This document shows, in pieces, positions 8,573 through 16,141 of a stretch of 42,114 nt of DNA. The DNA is taken from IMG/VR virus record IMGVR_UViG_2875703104_000005; one strand, 5' to 3'. The notes under the pieces were generated by a model that was not told the DNA's origin, did not search any database, and saw only the letters and a list, made by a program, of their open reading frames with translations. Within the stretch, counting starts at the first letter, position 1. Every line of letters begins with the position of its first letter. Origin of the DNA: a virus. Taxonomy: Duplodnaviria > Heunggongvirae > Uroviricota > Caudoviricetes. The translations under genes were made by a program, and so were the position numbers.

Positions 8573-9136
8573 ATGGAAAGTAATATCAAAGGGTTAGTTG
8601 CCGCCGGGCATGAGATGGCTTCGGAACTGAAAGCAGAATGTGGTGCCGTTGATATGCGCAGTGTGGCAAAGCTGATCAGCGATTTGGCAACGCAACTGGA
8701 AGTGCAACTGGTGCGTGCTAATGCGCTGGCGGCGGAGAATGCACTTGCTCGTAAAGCTGTTCAGGCATTCTGTGAGGTTGTTGGCGACAACACTGAGATT
8801 ATCTCCGAGTTGGTTGGGCAAGATGACGTTCTGGTTATTTTGAAGGCCATGAAGGCAACAGGAAATATGTCAGCCACCGATGCTTTCCTGGCTGAAATAC
8901 GTGCGGAGGCACGCAACGAGGGGATTAACTATACCGCCAGCCGTCTTGCTGCTGCGTTCAATCACGGATTTATCAATAAGTCTTTGCGTGAAGTTTTCGA
9001 CGTTACACGCATGATTTTGTCAGCGAAAGAAGAGTTGGCTAATGAAGCGCATCCGATTGATGGCCTGTCTGGTGAATATGCGGAGAAATCCCTTGAAGAA
9101 TGGGCGGAACAGATTCGCAAAGGAAGCAGCCAGTGA
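8573..9136 (+). CDS. Hypothetical nin-region protein
   Basis: 187-aa ORF with GAGGG RBS; no recognisable motif. Confidence 0.5.
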   Translation: MESNIKGLVAAGHEMASELKAECGAVDMRSVAKLISDLATQLEVQLVRANALAAENALARKAVQAFCEVVGDNTEIISELVGQDDVLVILKAMKATGNMSATDAFLAEIRAEARNEGINYTASRLAAAFNHGFINKSLREVFDVTRMILSAKEELANEAHPIDGLSGEYAEKSLEEWAEQIRKGSSQ

Positions 9137-9423
9137 ATATCGACACGACAATAACGATCGATACGCTCCTAAATACCGGTCTGGCACTTCTCGGTTGGCT
9201 TTACATCATGTCCCGTACATGGCGATGGCTGGGTTCCATTTTCCTAAAACAGTGGAAAAAACGGCGCAAACAGGAACTACGCCAGAAGGCATTAGAAGCG
9301 TTCTATGACGCATTTGAGCTTAGCCGCATTGAACCAGGTACAACAGCCAGGATAGCGACAAAAGGCGACCTGATGATAGTGATGTTCCGACAGGAGAGAG
9401 CAGAGAAAGGGGAATCAGCATGA
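9133..9423 (+). CDS. Hypothetical small membrane protein
   Basis: GTG start overlapping the upstream stop; hydrophobic segment LLNTGLALLGWLYIM; AGGAAG RBS. Confidence 0.4.
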   Translation: MNIDTTITIDTLLNTGLALLGWLYIMSRTWRWLGSIFLKQWKKRRKQELRQKALEAFYDAFELSRIEPGTTARIATKGDLMIVMFRQERAEKGESA

Positions 9424-9680
9424 AATTTTCCAAATTTTCTGAGTTGGTGAATCGTATTTTGTCCAACAACCACAGCCATCGTCGCGATATGGATGTAACA
9501 ATCGTTGTTCATTCGCCTGGCAGCATTGGTTCAACACCTTCAGTTGAGGTTCAGTCAATTCACGCTGGTTTTGATTGGGATTCCGGGAAAGTGCTTATTT
9601 TCCCATCACAGCCACTGACCACGCTAACACCAGAACTGGATGCTCTCTGTGGCGAAAAGAGAAACCAGACTGGCAGATGA
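9420..9680 (+). CDS. Hypothetical protein
   Basis: 86 aa; ATG overlaps the upstream stop; AAGGGG RBS. Confidence 0.45.
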   Translation: MKFSKFSELVNRILSNNHSHRRDMDVTIVVHSPGSIGSTPSVEVQSIHAGFDWDSGKVLIFPSQPLTTLTPELDALCGEKRNQTGR

Positions 9681-9893
9681 TGTAAGGCTATTGCGCCAGG
9701 AGGAACAGGAAAGGCGGAAAAATATAGAAAAGTTAATTTAGATTGAGCGTAACGCGAAAGCGCGGATATGCAGGGCGACAAAATCCAGAACTGAATAATT
9801 AAATTTAGCACTGTAAATAAAATCAAATCCTTAACCGGAGGGATTTCTGCACCCTCAGAACATCAGGAGGCCGTCCGAAAGGGCGGTAGTGAA

Positions 9894-10076
9894 ATGCGAA
9901 AATTCAAAATAATTATTGAAACGGGAATAGCCGGTGGAGATTTCGAGGATGAATTCGAAGTGGATGATGATGCAACACCAGATGAAATACAGGATGAAGC
10001 TAAAGATATTTTCTTTAACTACTGCAATTACTCATACCACGAAATAAAAGACGAAGAGGAAGAACAAAATGGCTGA
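9894..10076 (+). CDS. Small acidic hypothetical protein
   Basis: 60 aa, very acidic C-terminus; follows a 213-bp noncoding gap. Confidence 0.4.
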   Translation: MRKFKIIIETGIAGGDFEDEFEVDDDATPDEIQDEAKDIFFNYCNYSYHEIKDEEEEQNG

Positions 10077-10245
10077 TTTTGGTTCAACTAAATATAACGC
10101 CAGTTTTGAAGAATGGCATGAACTGTTAATGGATTATGCAGAGTTACGCGGTGGAAGTGCCGCTGATGCTGAAGCATGGCGTGATGATTATGAAGCAGGG
10201 AAAACACCGGTCGAAGCATATTGTGATGAGTGGGGCGATGAATGA
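10069..10245 (+). CDS. Small protein (58 aa), C-terminal 34 aa shared with the 10602-10829 product
   Basis: Not in the ORF track; ATG 10069 overlaps the upstream stop. Its 3' part lies inside the first copy of the tandem duplication. Confidence 0.4.
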   Translation: MADFGSTKYNASFEEWHELLMDYAELRGGSAADAEAWRDDYEAGKTPVEAYCDEWGDE

Positions 10246-10601
10246 GCGAGATTAATTATCAGGAAGGGCATGAAAAGGTAGGGCAGGCAAAACCAGTGGC
10301 ATGGCGATATCGCTACGTGAAAAAAGGCGTTACAGACTTTCAGGGGAAGCAGTGGGTTGGTGACTGGAAATATGTCCCGACAAAAGAGGATTGTAACGAC
10401 AGACCAAACTATGAAATTCAGGCGTTATTCACGGCCCCGCCAGCTTCGGTGACATCAGAAGGACTGGTTAAAGCTGTGCGCTTTTATGAACAGGTACGGC
10501 GTGAGGATCCGCCAGTTGAAACCGGAGCATGGAAAGACGCTATTGACTGGGTACTCAAGGAGGCCTGCCTGGTTGTAAACACGGGCATCAAAGGAGGCTG
10601 A
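10242..10601 (+). CDS. Hypothetical protein, paralog A
   Basis: 119 aa; first about 78 residues identical to the 10826-11185 product, C-terminal part diverged. Confidence 0.55.
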   Translation: MSEINYQEGHEKVGQAKPVAWRYRYVKKGVTDFQGKQWVGDWKYVPTKEDCNDRPNYEIQALFTAPPASVTSEGLVKAVRFYEQVRREDPPVETGAWKDAIDWVLKEACLVVNTGIKGG

Positions 10602-10829
10602 ATGGGTATTGCCGCAAGTTATACCATGCATCTCTATTGTGATTGCCGCCAGTGTACGGATGGCAAATATCAGTCGCCAGATTTTGGTGAGTATATCGGT
10701 ACGTCATGGGCTGGCTGTGCAACAGAGTTACGCGGTGGAAGTGCCGCTGATGCTGAAGCATGGCGTGATGATTATGAAGCAGGGAAAACACCGGTCGAAG
10801 CATATTGTGATGAGTGGGGCGATGAATGA
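10602..10829 (+). CDS. Small Cys-rich protein (75 aa), chimeric across the duplication junction
   Basis: Strong AAGGAGG RBS; N-terminus unique (CDCRQC), C-terminal 34 aa identical to the 10069-10245 product. Confidence 0.45.
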   Translation: MGIAASYTMHLYCDCRQCTDGKYQSPDFGEYIGTSWAGCATELRGGSAADAEAWRDDYEAGKTPVEAYCDEWGDE

Positions 10830-11185
10830 GCGAGATTAATTATCAGGAAGGGCATGAAAAGGTAGGGCAGGCAAAACCAGTGGCATGGCGATATCGCTAC
10901 GTGAAAAAAGGCGTTACAGACTTTCAGGGGAAGCAGTGGGTTGGTGACTGGAAATATGTCCCGACAAAAGAGGATTGTAACGACAGACCAAACTATGAAA
11001 TTCAGGCGTTATTCACGGCCCCGCCAGCTTCGGTGACATCAGAAGGACTGGTTAAAGCAGTACGCTTCTATGAACAGGTAAAGCGCGAGAATCCGCCAGT
11101 CGAAACCGGAGCATGGAAAGACGCGGTTGACTGGGTGCTCAAAGAGGCTTGCCAGGCTGTAAACATTGGTACCAAAGGAGATTGA
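10826..11185 (+). CDS. Hypothetical protein, paralog B
   Basis: 119 aa; lies in the second copy of the tandem duplication. Confidence 0.55.
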   Translation: MSEINYQEGHEKVGQAKPVAWRYRYVKKGVTDFQGKQWVGDWKYVPTKEDCNDRPNYEIQALFTAPPASVTSEGLVKAVRFYEQVKRENPPVETGAWKDAVDWVLKEACQAVNIGTKGD

Positions 11186-11186
11186 T

Positions 11187-11960
11187 ATGAGCACTTTTAC
11201 CGACAAAGAACTGATTAAAGAAATCAAAGAGCGCATAGGCAGCCTGGACGTGAGAGACAATATTGAGCGCCGGGCTTATGAAATAGCGTTAGCCTCGCTG
11301 GAAGCAGAACCGGTGGCGTGGATGCGTGATGACGCAGATGGTCGTGAGTATAACGCTCGCAATGAATTTTCTGGTGGAGGGGGAGGAGTTCCACTCTACG
11401 CCACCCCTCCAGTGCCAGTAGTACCGGAAGAAAAACCAATGCCTAATCCTCTTAGCATGTACGCGGTTGATGCTGTTGCCGCTATTGCAGAGGTGAGAGG
11501 CTGGAACGCCTGCCGCGCCGCCATGCTTCATGGTGCCGAACCTGCAAGTAATCATGAAGAGTTGCCACTTGATTATCTCCAAGGTCAAAAAGATGGTCTT
11601 GAATGGGCTGCGCAGCTTGCAGAAGCAAATCACCCACAAACTGGCGACTGGCTTTACGATGACCCGCTGGAGCTGGCTAAAGCTATCAGAAAAGGTCCTG
11701 ACATGCCCGAATTCGATGGACCAACTCCGGTAACTCTGGATGGTTGGATAAGCTGTAGTGAGCGAATGCCTGAGAACATTCCCGGAAGTTGTAAAGAGTA
11801 TCTGGTGTTTGATGGGCTTAATAATAAAGTTCATCACGATTACTGGGTTGTCCCTGATGGAGACAGTGCGCCAGTTGCGTCGTTCTGGAATCATTACGGG
11901 GCACATGTAACTCACTGGATGCCTCTACCAGAACCGCCGAAGGAGGTTAACCGTGGCTAA
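11187..11960 (+). CDS. DUF551-like nin-region protein
   Basis: C-terminal THWMPLPEPP motif characteristic of DUF551 phage proteins; start set at ATG 11187 with AAAGGAG RBS. Confidence 0.5.
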   Translation: MSTFTDKELIKEIKERIGSLDVRDNIERRAYEIALASLEAEPVAWMRDDADGREYNARNEFSGGGGGVPLYATPPVPVVPEEKPMPNPLSMYAVDAVAAIAEVRGWNACRAAMLHGAEPASNHEELPLDYLQGQKDGLEWAAQLAEANHPQTGDWLYDDPLELAKAIRKGPDMPEFDGPTPVTLDGWISCSERMPENIPGSCKEYLVFDGLNNKVHHDYWVVPDGDSAPVASFWNHYGAHVTHWMPLPEPPKEVNRG

Positions 11961-12234
11961 CCTGCAACTTGCCGTTAAAGGTGAATACTTCGATGCCATG
12001 ATTCGCGGGGAGAAAACGGAAGAGTATCGCCTGTGTAATGACTACTGGAATAAGCGCCTCGTTAACCGTAAGTATTACCGCCTGATTATCACAAAGGGAT
12101 ATCCGAAGCGCGAAGACTTCAGTCGCAGAATTGACGTCCCGTATAACGGATATGAAATAAAGACAATCACACATCCGCACTTCGGTGATAAACCGGTAAA
12201 GGTGTTCGCGATAAAGGTAAATATTGATGGCTAA
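11953..12234 (+). CDS. Small hypothetical protein, possibly ASCH/DUF3850-like
   Basis: 93 aa; GTG start with AAGGAGG RBS; fold assignment is tentative. Confidence 0.4.
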   Translation: MANLQLAVKGEYFDAMIRGEKTEEYRLCNDYWNKRLVNRKYYRLIITKGYPKREDFSRRIDVPYNGYEIKTITHPHFGDKPVKVFAIKVNIDG

Positions 12235-12565
12235 ATCAGCAGCAGAGCGCAAAGCCGCTCAGAGAGCCAGACAAGCTGCATCTGGTGTGCGTAAGCTGGA
12301 GATTGTGCTTGATGCTCAGGAAATTGAAATTCTGGAGCGTAACTGTGCCACGCGTCGCCCCGGGCGTGCGCCTTACGAATTTGGTGAGTATATAGCGTTA
12401 CTGATCCGCCAGGATGATGCACGCGTGCACGGGCGTATAAAATCGATCAGCAGAACACGTTGCGGTAAGTGCGGCGAGAGAGTTCCAGTTAATTCATGTC
12501 CGTGTAATGGTGACTCACAATGCTGGGTGACTAAAGGCTGGCATGAAACGAAATTAATAGTGTGA
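12227..12565 (+). CDS. Zinc-finger protein in the Q position (candidate late-gene regulator)
   Basis: Basic N-terminus and C-terminal CGKCG ... CPC cluster; last early-region gene, directly followed by a 14-mer repeat, a terminator, and an operator-like site before the terminase genes. Confidence 0.4.
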   Translation: MAKSAAERKAAQRARQAASGVRKLEIVLDAQEIEILERNCATRRPGRAPYEFGEYIALLIRQDDARVHGRIKSISRTRCGKCGERVPVNSCPCNGDSQCWVTKGWHETKLIV

Positions 12566-12574
12566 CATGTCACG
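12561..12574. repeat. 14-mer TGTGACATGTCACG, copy 1
   Basis: Overlaps the stop of the zinc-finger gene, 40 bp upstream of the terminator that precedes the terminase genes. Confidence 0.6.
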
Positions 12575-12614
12575 AGTAGATTATGCATGATGAATTTGAT
12601 GGATTTTGAATACT

Positions 12615-12640
12615 GCCGCCAACTATGGCGGCTTTATTTT
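12615..12640 (+). terminator. Intrinsic terminator between the early/nin region and the terminase genes
   Basis: Stem GCCGCC/GGCGGC, loop AACTAT, then TTTATTTT. Confidence 0.65.
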
Positions 12641-12650
12641 GCATGGTATT

Positions 12651-12667
12651 ATTACCACAACGGTAAC
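12651..12667. promoter_or_regulatory. Operator-like palindrome ATTACC-ACAAC-GGTAAC upstream of the terminase genes
   Basis: Between the 12615-12640 terminator and the terminase small-subunit start; a further ATTACC half-site follows at 12669-12674. Confidence 0.5.
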
Positions 12668-12683
12668 AATTACCACGGTAGTT

Positions 12684-13280
12684 ATGATGCCTGCTGAACC
12701 TAAAACCTATAAACGCAAATCAACGCAATTTAAGCCGCTCACAGCAATGCAGGAGGCTTATTGCCAGTCATACATCAAAACGCCTGAAAACCAGACTCAG
12801 GCTGCGATTAACGCAGGATTCTCCCCAAATACAGCGGCAGTTAAAGCCAGTGTCATGATGCGCGATGAACGCATTCAGAAACGGATTGCCGAGTTGATGG
12901 AGGAGCGCAACAAACGAATGCGTGTCAGTGCTGATTACGTTCTCATGCGCCTGGTGGAGATCGACCAGATGGACGTGATCGACATCCTCAACGACGATGG
13001 GAGCCTTAAACCAATCCGTGAGTGGCCGAAAATCTGGCGCACTACGCTTAGTGGCTTTGATCTGTCATCGACCATCATGAACATGAACGAGGATTCAATA
13101 GAGACAATCCTCAAAAAAATTAAATGGCCTGACAAGGTGAAGAACCTTGAGCTGATTGGTAAGCATGTTGATGTCAACGCATTCAAAGAACGTCTGGATG
13201 TTAATGTGAATGTGACAATTGCTGATCGCATAGCAGCAGCCAGGAAGCGACTCAAAGAACGTCAGGATGGTAATCAGTGA
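12684..13280 (+). CDS. Terminase small subunit
   Basis: LTAMQEAYCQSYIKTPENQTQAAINAGFSPNTAAVKA matches the Terminase_2 HTH pattern. Start set at ATG 12684 because the ORF-track TTG start (12606) would include an intrinsic terminator hairpin. Confidence 0.65.
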   Translation: MMPAEPKTYKRKSTQFKPLTAMQEAYCQSYIKTPENQTQAAINAGFSPNTAAVKASVMMRDERIQKRIAELMEERNKRMRVSADYVLMRLVEIDQMDVIDILNDDGSLKPIREWPKIWRTTLSGFDLSSTIMNMNEDSIETILKKIKWPDKVKNLELIGKHVDVNAFKERLDVNVNVTIADRIAAARKRLKERQDGNQ

Positions 13281-14752
13281 CAGATACAGCGTTATCTCCT
13301 GAAGAGCAGTTAATCGAGGATATTGCAGGGTTCACTCACGATCCGCTTGGCTATGCCCTCTATGCGTTCCCGTGGGGGGAAGATGGGACTGAACTGGCAC
13401 ATGCCACCGGTCCACGTCAGTGGCAGGCTGATGCGTTCCGAGAGATACGTGATCACCTGCAGAATCCAGAGACGCGCTATCAGCCGCTTATGCTGGCACG
13501 CGCTTCGGGTCACGGTATTGGTAAATCCGCATTCATCTCAATGCTGATCAACTGGGGCATGTCCACTTGCGAGGATTGTAAGGTTGTGGTGACCGCCAAC
13601 ACCGACAACCAGCTACGAACGAAGACCTGGCCGGAAATTATCAAGTGGTCGAACCTTGCTATCACGAAAGACTGGTTTACCTGTACCGCTACCGCGATGT
13701 ACAGCAATGACCCTGGGCACGACAAGCGGTGGCGAGCTGACGCAATCCCCTGGTCTGAGCACAACACTGAGGCGTTCGCCGGACTACACAACGAGCGCAA
13801 ACGCATCATCGTGGTATTCGATGAAGCGTCGAACATTGCGGATCTGGTGTGGGAAGTTGCTGAGGGTGCGCTTACGGACGAAGACACTGAGATTATCTGG
13901 GTAGCGTTCGGAAACCCTACACGTAACACCGGGCGTTTCCGCGAATGTTTCCGCAAATATAAACACCGCTGGAAAACTGCGCAGATTGACAGCCGGACGG
14001 TGGAAGGCACTAACAAACAGCAGTTGCAGAAATGGGTTGATGACTACGGGGAAGATAGCGACTTCGTTAAAATCCGTGTGCGCGGCATATTCCCTGATGC
14101 ATCTGAATTGCAGTTTATCCCTACCGGTCTTACTGACGAGGCAATGAAACGGGTGGTAACCGCTGCGCAGGTTGCACATGCTCCGGTGATAATCGGCGTT
14201 GACCCGGCATACTCAGGCGTTGATGACGCTGTGATATACCTGCGGCAGGGGCTGCACAGTAAGGTGCTGTGGACTGGCAACAAGACCACTGACGATCTGA
14301 TTATGGCGAAGCGTATCGCTGACTTTGAAGACCAGTACCAGGCTGACGCAGTGTTCATCGACTTCGGTTACGGAACTGGTCTGAAGTCAATCGGTGACGG
14401 CTGGGGTCGTACATGGCAACTTGTTCCGTTCGGTGGCGCGTCTACTGACCCGCAGATGCTCAACAAGCGTGGGGAGATGTTCAACTCATGCAAGACATGG
14501 CTGAGGCTCGGCGGCATGCTGGATGACCAGGAAACAGCGGACGACCTGTCGGCAGCAGAGTACAAAGTTCGTGTGGACGGTAAAATCGTTATCGAACCGA
14601 AGGAAGATATCAAGGAGCGGCTTGGGCGTTCGCCGGGTAAAGGCGATGCGCTACTGCTGACGTTTGCTTTCCCTGTGTCGAAGCGTCTGCGAATTCCTGG
14701 GCAGCAGAACCAGCAAGGCAAAGCCATCACAGACTATGATCCTTTTGCATAA
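13277..14752 (+). CDS. Terminase large subunit
   Basis: 491 aa; ATPase region (LARASGHGIGKSAFI; VVFDEASNI) and C-terminal nuclease region; GTG start overlapping the small-subunit stop. Confidence 0.85.
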   Translation: MTDTALSPEEQLIEDIAGFTHDPLGYALYAFPWGEDGTELAHATGPRQWQADAFREIRDHLQNPETRYQPLMLARASGHGIGKSAFISMLINWGMSTCEDCKVVVTANTDNQLRTKTWPEIIKWSNLAITKDWFTCTATAMYSNDPGHDKRWRADAIPWSEHNTEAFAGLHNERKRIIVVFDEASNIADLVWEVAEGALTDEDTEIIWVAFGNPTRNTGRFRECFRKYKHRWKTAQIDSRTVEGTNKQQLQKWVDDYGEDSDFVKIRVRGIFPDASELQFIPTGLTDEAMKRVVTAAQVAHAPVIIGVDPAYSGVDDAVIYLRQGLHSKVLWTGNKTTDDLIMAKRIADFEDQYQADAVFIDFGYGTGLKSIGDGWGRTWQLVPFGGASTDPQMLNKRGEMFNSCKTWLRLGGMLDDQETADDLSAAEYKVRVDGKIVIEPKEDIKERLGRSPGKGDALLLTFAFPVSKRLRIPGQQNQQGKAITDYDPFA

Positions 14753-14775
14753 AAAAGCCCGCGAATCGGCGGGCT
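14751..14775 (-). terminator. Intrinsic terminator after the minus-strand moron
   Basis: Stem AGCCCGC/GCGGGCT followed on the minus strand by TTTTTT. Confidence 0.65.
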
Positions 14776-14778
14776 GAT

Positions 14779-14792
14779 TGTGACATGTCACG
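14779..14792. repeat. 14-mer TGTGACATGTCACG, copy 2
   Basis: Immediately 3' of the terminator hairpin that follows the terminase large-subunit gene. Confidence 0.6.
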
Positions 14793-14795
14793 GCG

Positions 14796-15218
14796 TTAGA
14801 AGGTTATTTTATCGAATGCGGCGTTGATTGCCTTGGCGTCCTGCTCAGCACCAACCACATCAAGTAAAGATCTTTTACTAAGCACTTCAGCCAGGCATTG
14901 TAACTTCATGTTGTATAAGTTTTCGCGCATGTAATCATCATCACTTTTTTCTTTGGCGTATACAGCGCGAGAAATATCAAACACATTGCCTTTTTCCATT
15001 TCAGTTTTCTGCGCTGAAATCCAGTCATGGCAAGTAACTCCTATTCCATGGTCATCGCTAAGCGTTAACCCGGCAAGTCGCTCACCTGGAATTGCTTCAC
15101 AAAGCATTTCATTTCCTGCAAAAACACCATAAAAAATTGAGTCATCACCCTGAACAATGCGTACATATTTGCACGGCCATTCATTTAGATATTTAGCTAG
15201 CATGTCGGCTGTTTTCAT
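14796..15218 (-). CDS. Hypothetical moron protein, antisense insert between terminase and portal
   Basis: 140 aa; AAGGTGAG RBS; intrinsic terminators on both sides; opposite strand to the flanking late genes. Confidence 0.5.
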   Translation of the reverse strand: MKTADMLAKYLNEWPCKYVRIVQGDDSIFYGVFAGNEMLCEAIPGERLAGLTLSDDHGIGVTCHDWISAQKTEMEKGNVFDISRAVYAKEKSDDDYMRENLYNMKLQCLAEVLSKRSLLDVVGAEQDAKAINAAFDKITF

Positions 15219-15230
15219 GATCTCACCTTA

Positions 15231-15253
15231 AAAAAATGCCCGGCGAACCGGGC
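15231..15253 (-). terminator. Intrinsic terminator downstream of the tRNA-Arg
   Basis: Stem GCCCGG/CCGGGC, loop, then ATTTTTT on the minus strand, immediately before the moron RBS. Confidence 0.6.
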
Positions 15254-15416
15254 GAACTGGAAGCAATGAGTTATGCCTTCCGTGGCTGTACTGGTTTACA
15301 GCATGAAGTCATCGCAATGGCGTCCTGCTGTAAAAAGGGCGGTGATAGTCCTTCAAGGGAAACCATCACCGCCAAGCCCCTGGAACTTCTGGCATCACGG
15401 TCCTTAGGCGTGATTC

Positions 15417-15493
15417 TGGCGTGGCATGCAGGATTCGAACCTGCGACCAACCGCTTAGAAGGCGGTTGCTCTGTCCAACTGAGCTAATGCCAC
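15417..15493 (-). tRNA. tRNA-Arg (anticodon UCU), phage-borne
   Basis: 77-nt cloverleaf read directly: acceptor GTGGCAT/ATGCCAC, D-arm GCTC AGTTGGACA GAGC, anticodon loop CTTCTAA, T-arm GCAGG TTCGAAT CCTGC, discriminator G, CCA. Closely resembles enterobacterial argU-type tRNA. Confidence 0.8.
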
Positions 15494-15814
15494 AACGCTG
15501 AGAGCACTTAGCCTGTTAAGGCGCCACACTTTGTCGCGGCTCCATAAATGCTCTCATCGTTGTACCCTCGTCTCTTCCGAGGCGTCACACCGAATCGCCG
15601 GGATGGTGAATCCCCGTGCGCGGAATAAAACCGCTCGACTTGCACATTCCGGCTACCTGGTTCGTTTGCCACAGCCAGGGAGGGTGCCCCTTAAACGCAT
15701 CCAGACCGCTATCGGCGCATGTGCCATACGCCGTACTGCTCAAAATAAAAGCTCACTCCACCTGTTCAATTTAACGACAAGCCAGTCAGGTTAGTAACCG
15801 GAATGAACTCTTTG

Positions 15815-15831
15815 GTTACCTGAAAGGTAAT
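15815..15831. promoter_or_regulatory. Operator-like palindrome GTTACC-TGAAA-GGTAAT upstream of the portal operon
   Basis: 90 bp upstream of the first structural-operon ATG; core identical to the site at 36382-36398. Confidence 0.5.
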
Positions 15832-15920
15832 AATTCGCACGTTAAATGTCAACTGTCTACGATAAATAAATCATATGTGGTTAAATTGGTAATAATTTAA
15901 TTGCGTACGGAGTCATTGAT

Positions 15921-16127
15921 ATGTGCATGGGTAGCTCACCATCAGTGCCTGCAACACCAGAAGTTCAGGCAGCACCACAGGAGCAGGATGCCGCCGTTGT
16001 TGATGCCCGCGACGAAGAAACTCGTCGCCGTCGCGCTGCTGCTGGTCGTAGTTCTACGCTGCTTACCGGTTCTCAGGGCGACACATCAACTGCTAATACC
16101 AGCGGTAAAACGCTGCTTGGTCAGTAA
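15921..16127 (+). CDS. Small virion-associated protein (T7 gp6.7-like by position and composition)
   Basis: 68 aa starting MC, low complexity, immediately upstream of the portal gene with GGAG RBS. Confidence 0.4.
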   Translation: MCMGSSPSVPATPEVQAAPQEQDAAVVDARDEETRRRRAAAGRSSTLLTGSQGDTSTANTSGKTLLGQ

Positions 16128-16141
16128 CCGGAGTCATTGAA

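Larger units (their letters stand above)
10141..11180 (+). repeat. Tandem duplication, unit about 584 bp (10141-10724 and 10725-11180)
   Basis: The first 334 bp of each copy are identical (10141-10474 versus 10725-11058); the remainder diverges. Produces two 119-aa paralogs and two small ORFs sharing a 34-aa C-terminus. Confidence 0.8.

Noticed and set aside
12561-12574. Reading TGTGACATGTCACG as a CRP, LexA or LacI-type operator
   Set aside because: CRP needs TGTGA-N6-TCACA (this has N4), LexA needs CTGT-N8-ACAG, and LacI-type sites have a CG centre; none fits, so the site is left unassigned.
12606-12683. N-terminal extension of the terminase small subunit from a TTG start
   Set aside because: The extension would contain the 12615-12640 terminator hairpin and an operator-like palindrome; the conserved terminase N-terminus begins at ATG 12684.
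15236-15487. Plus-strand ORF (83 aa) overlapping the tRNA region
   Set aside because: It overlaps the minus-strand tRNA-Arg and its terminator; no RBS; spurious.
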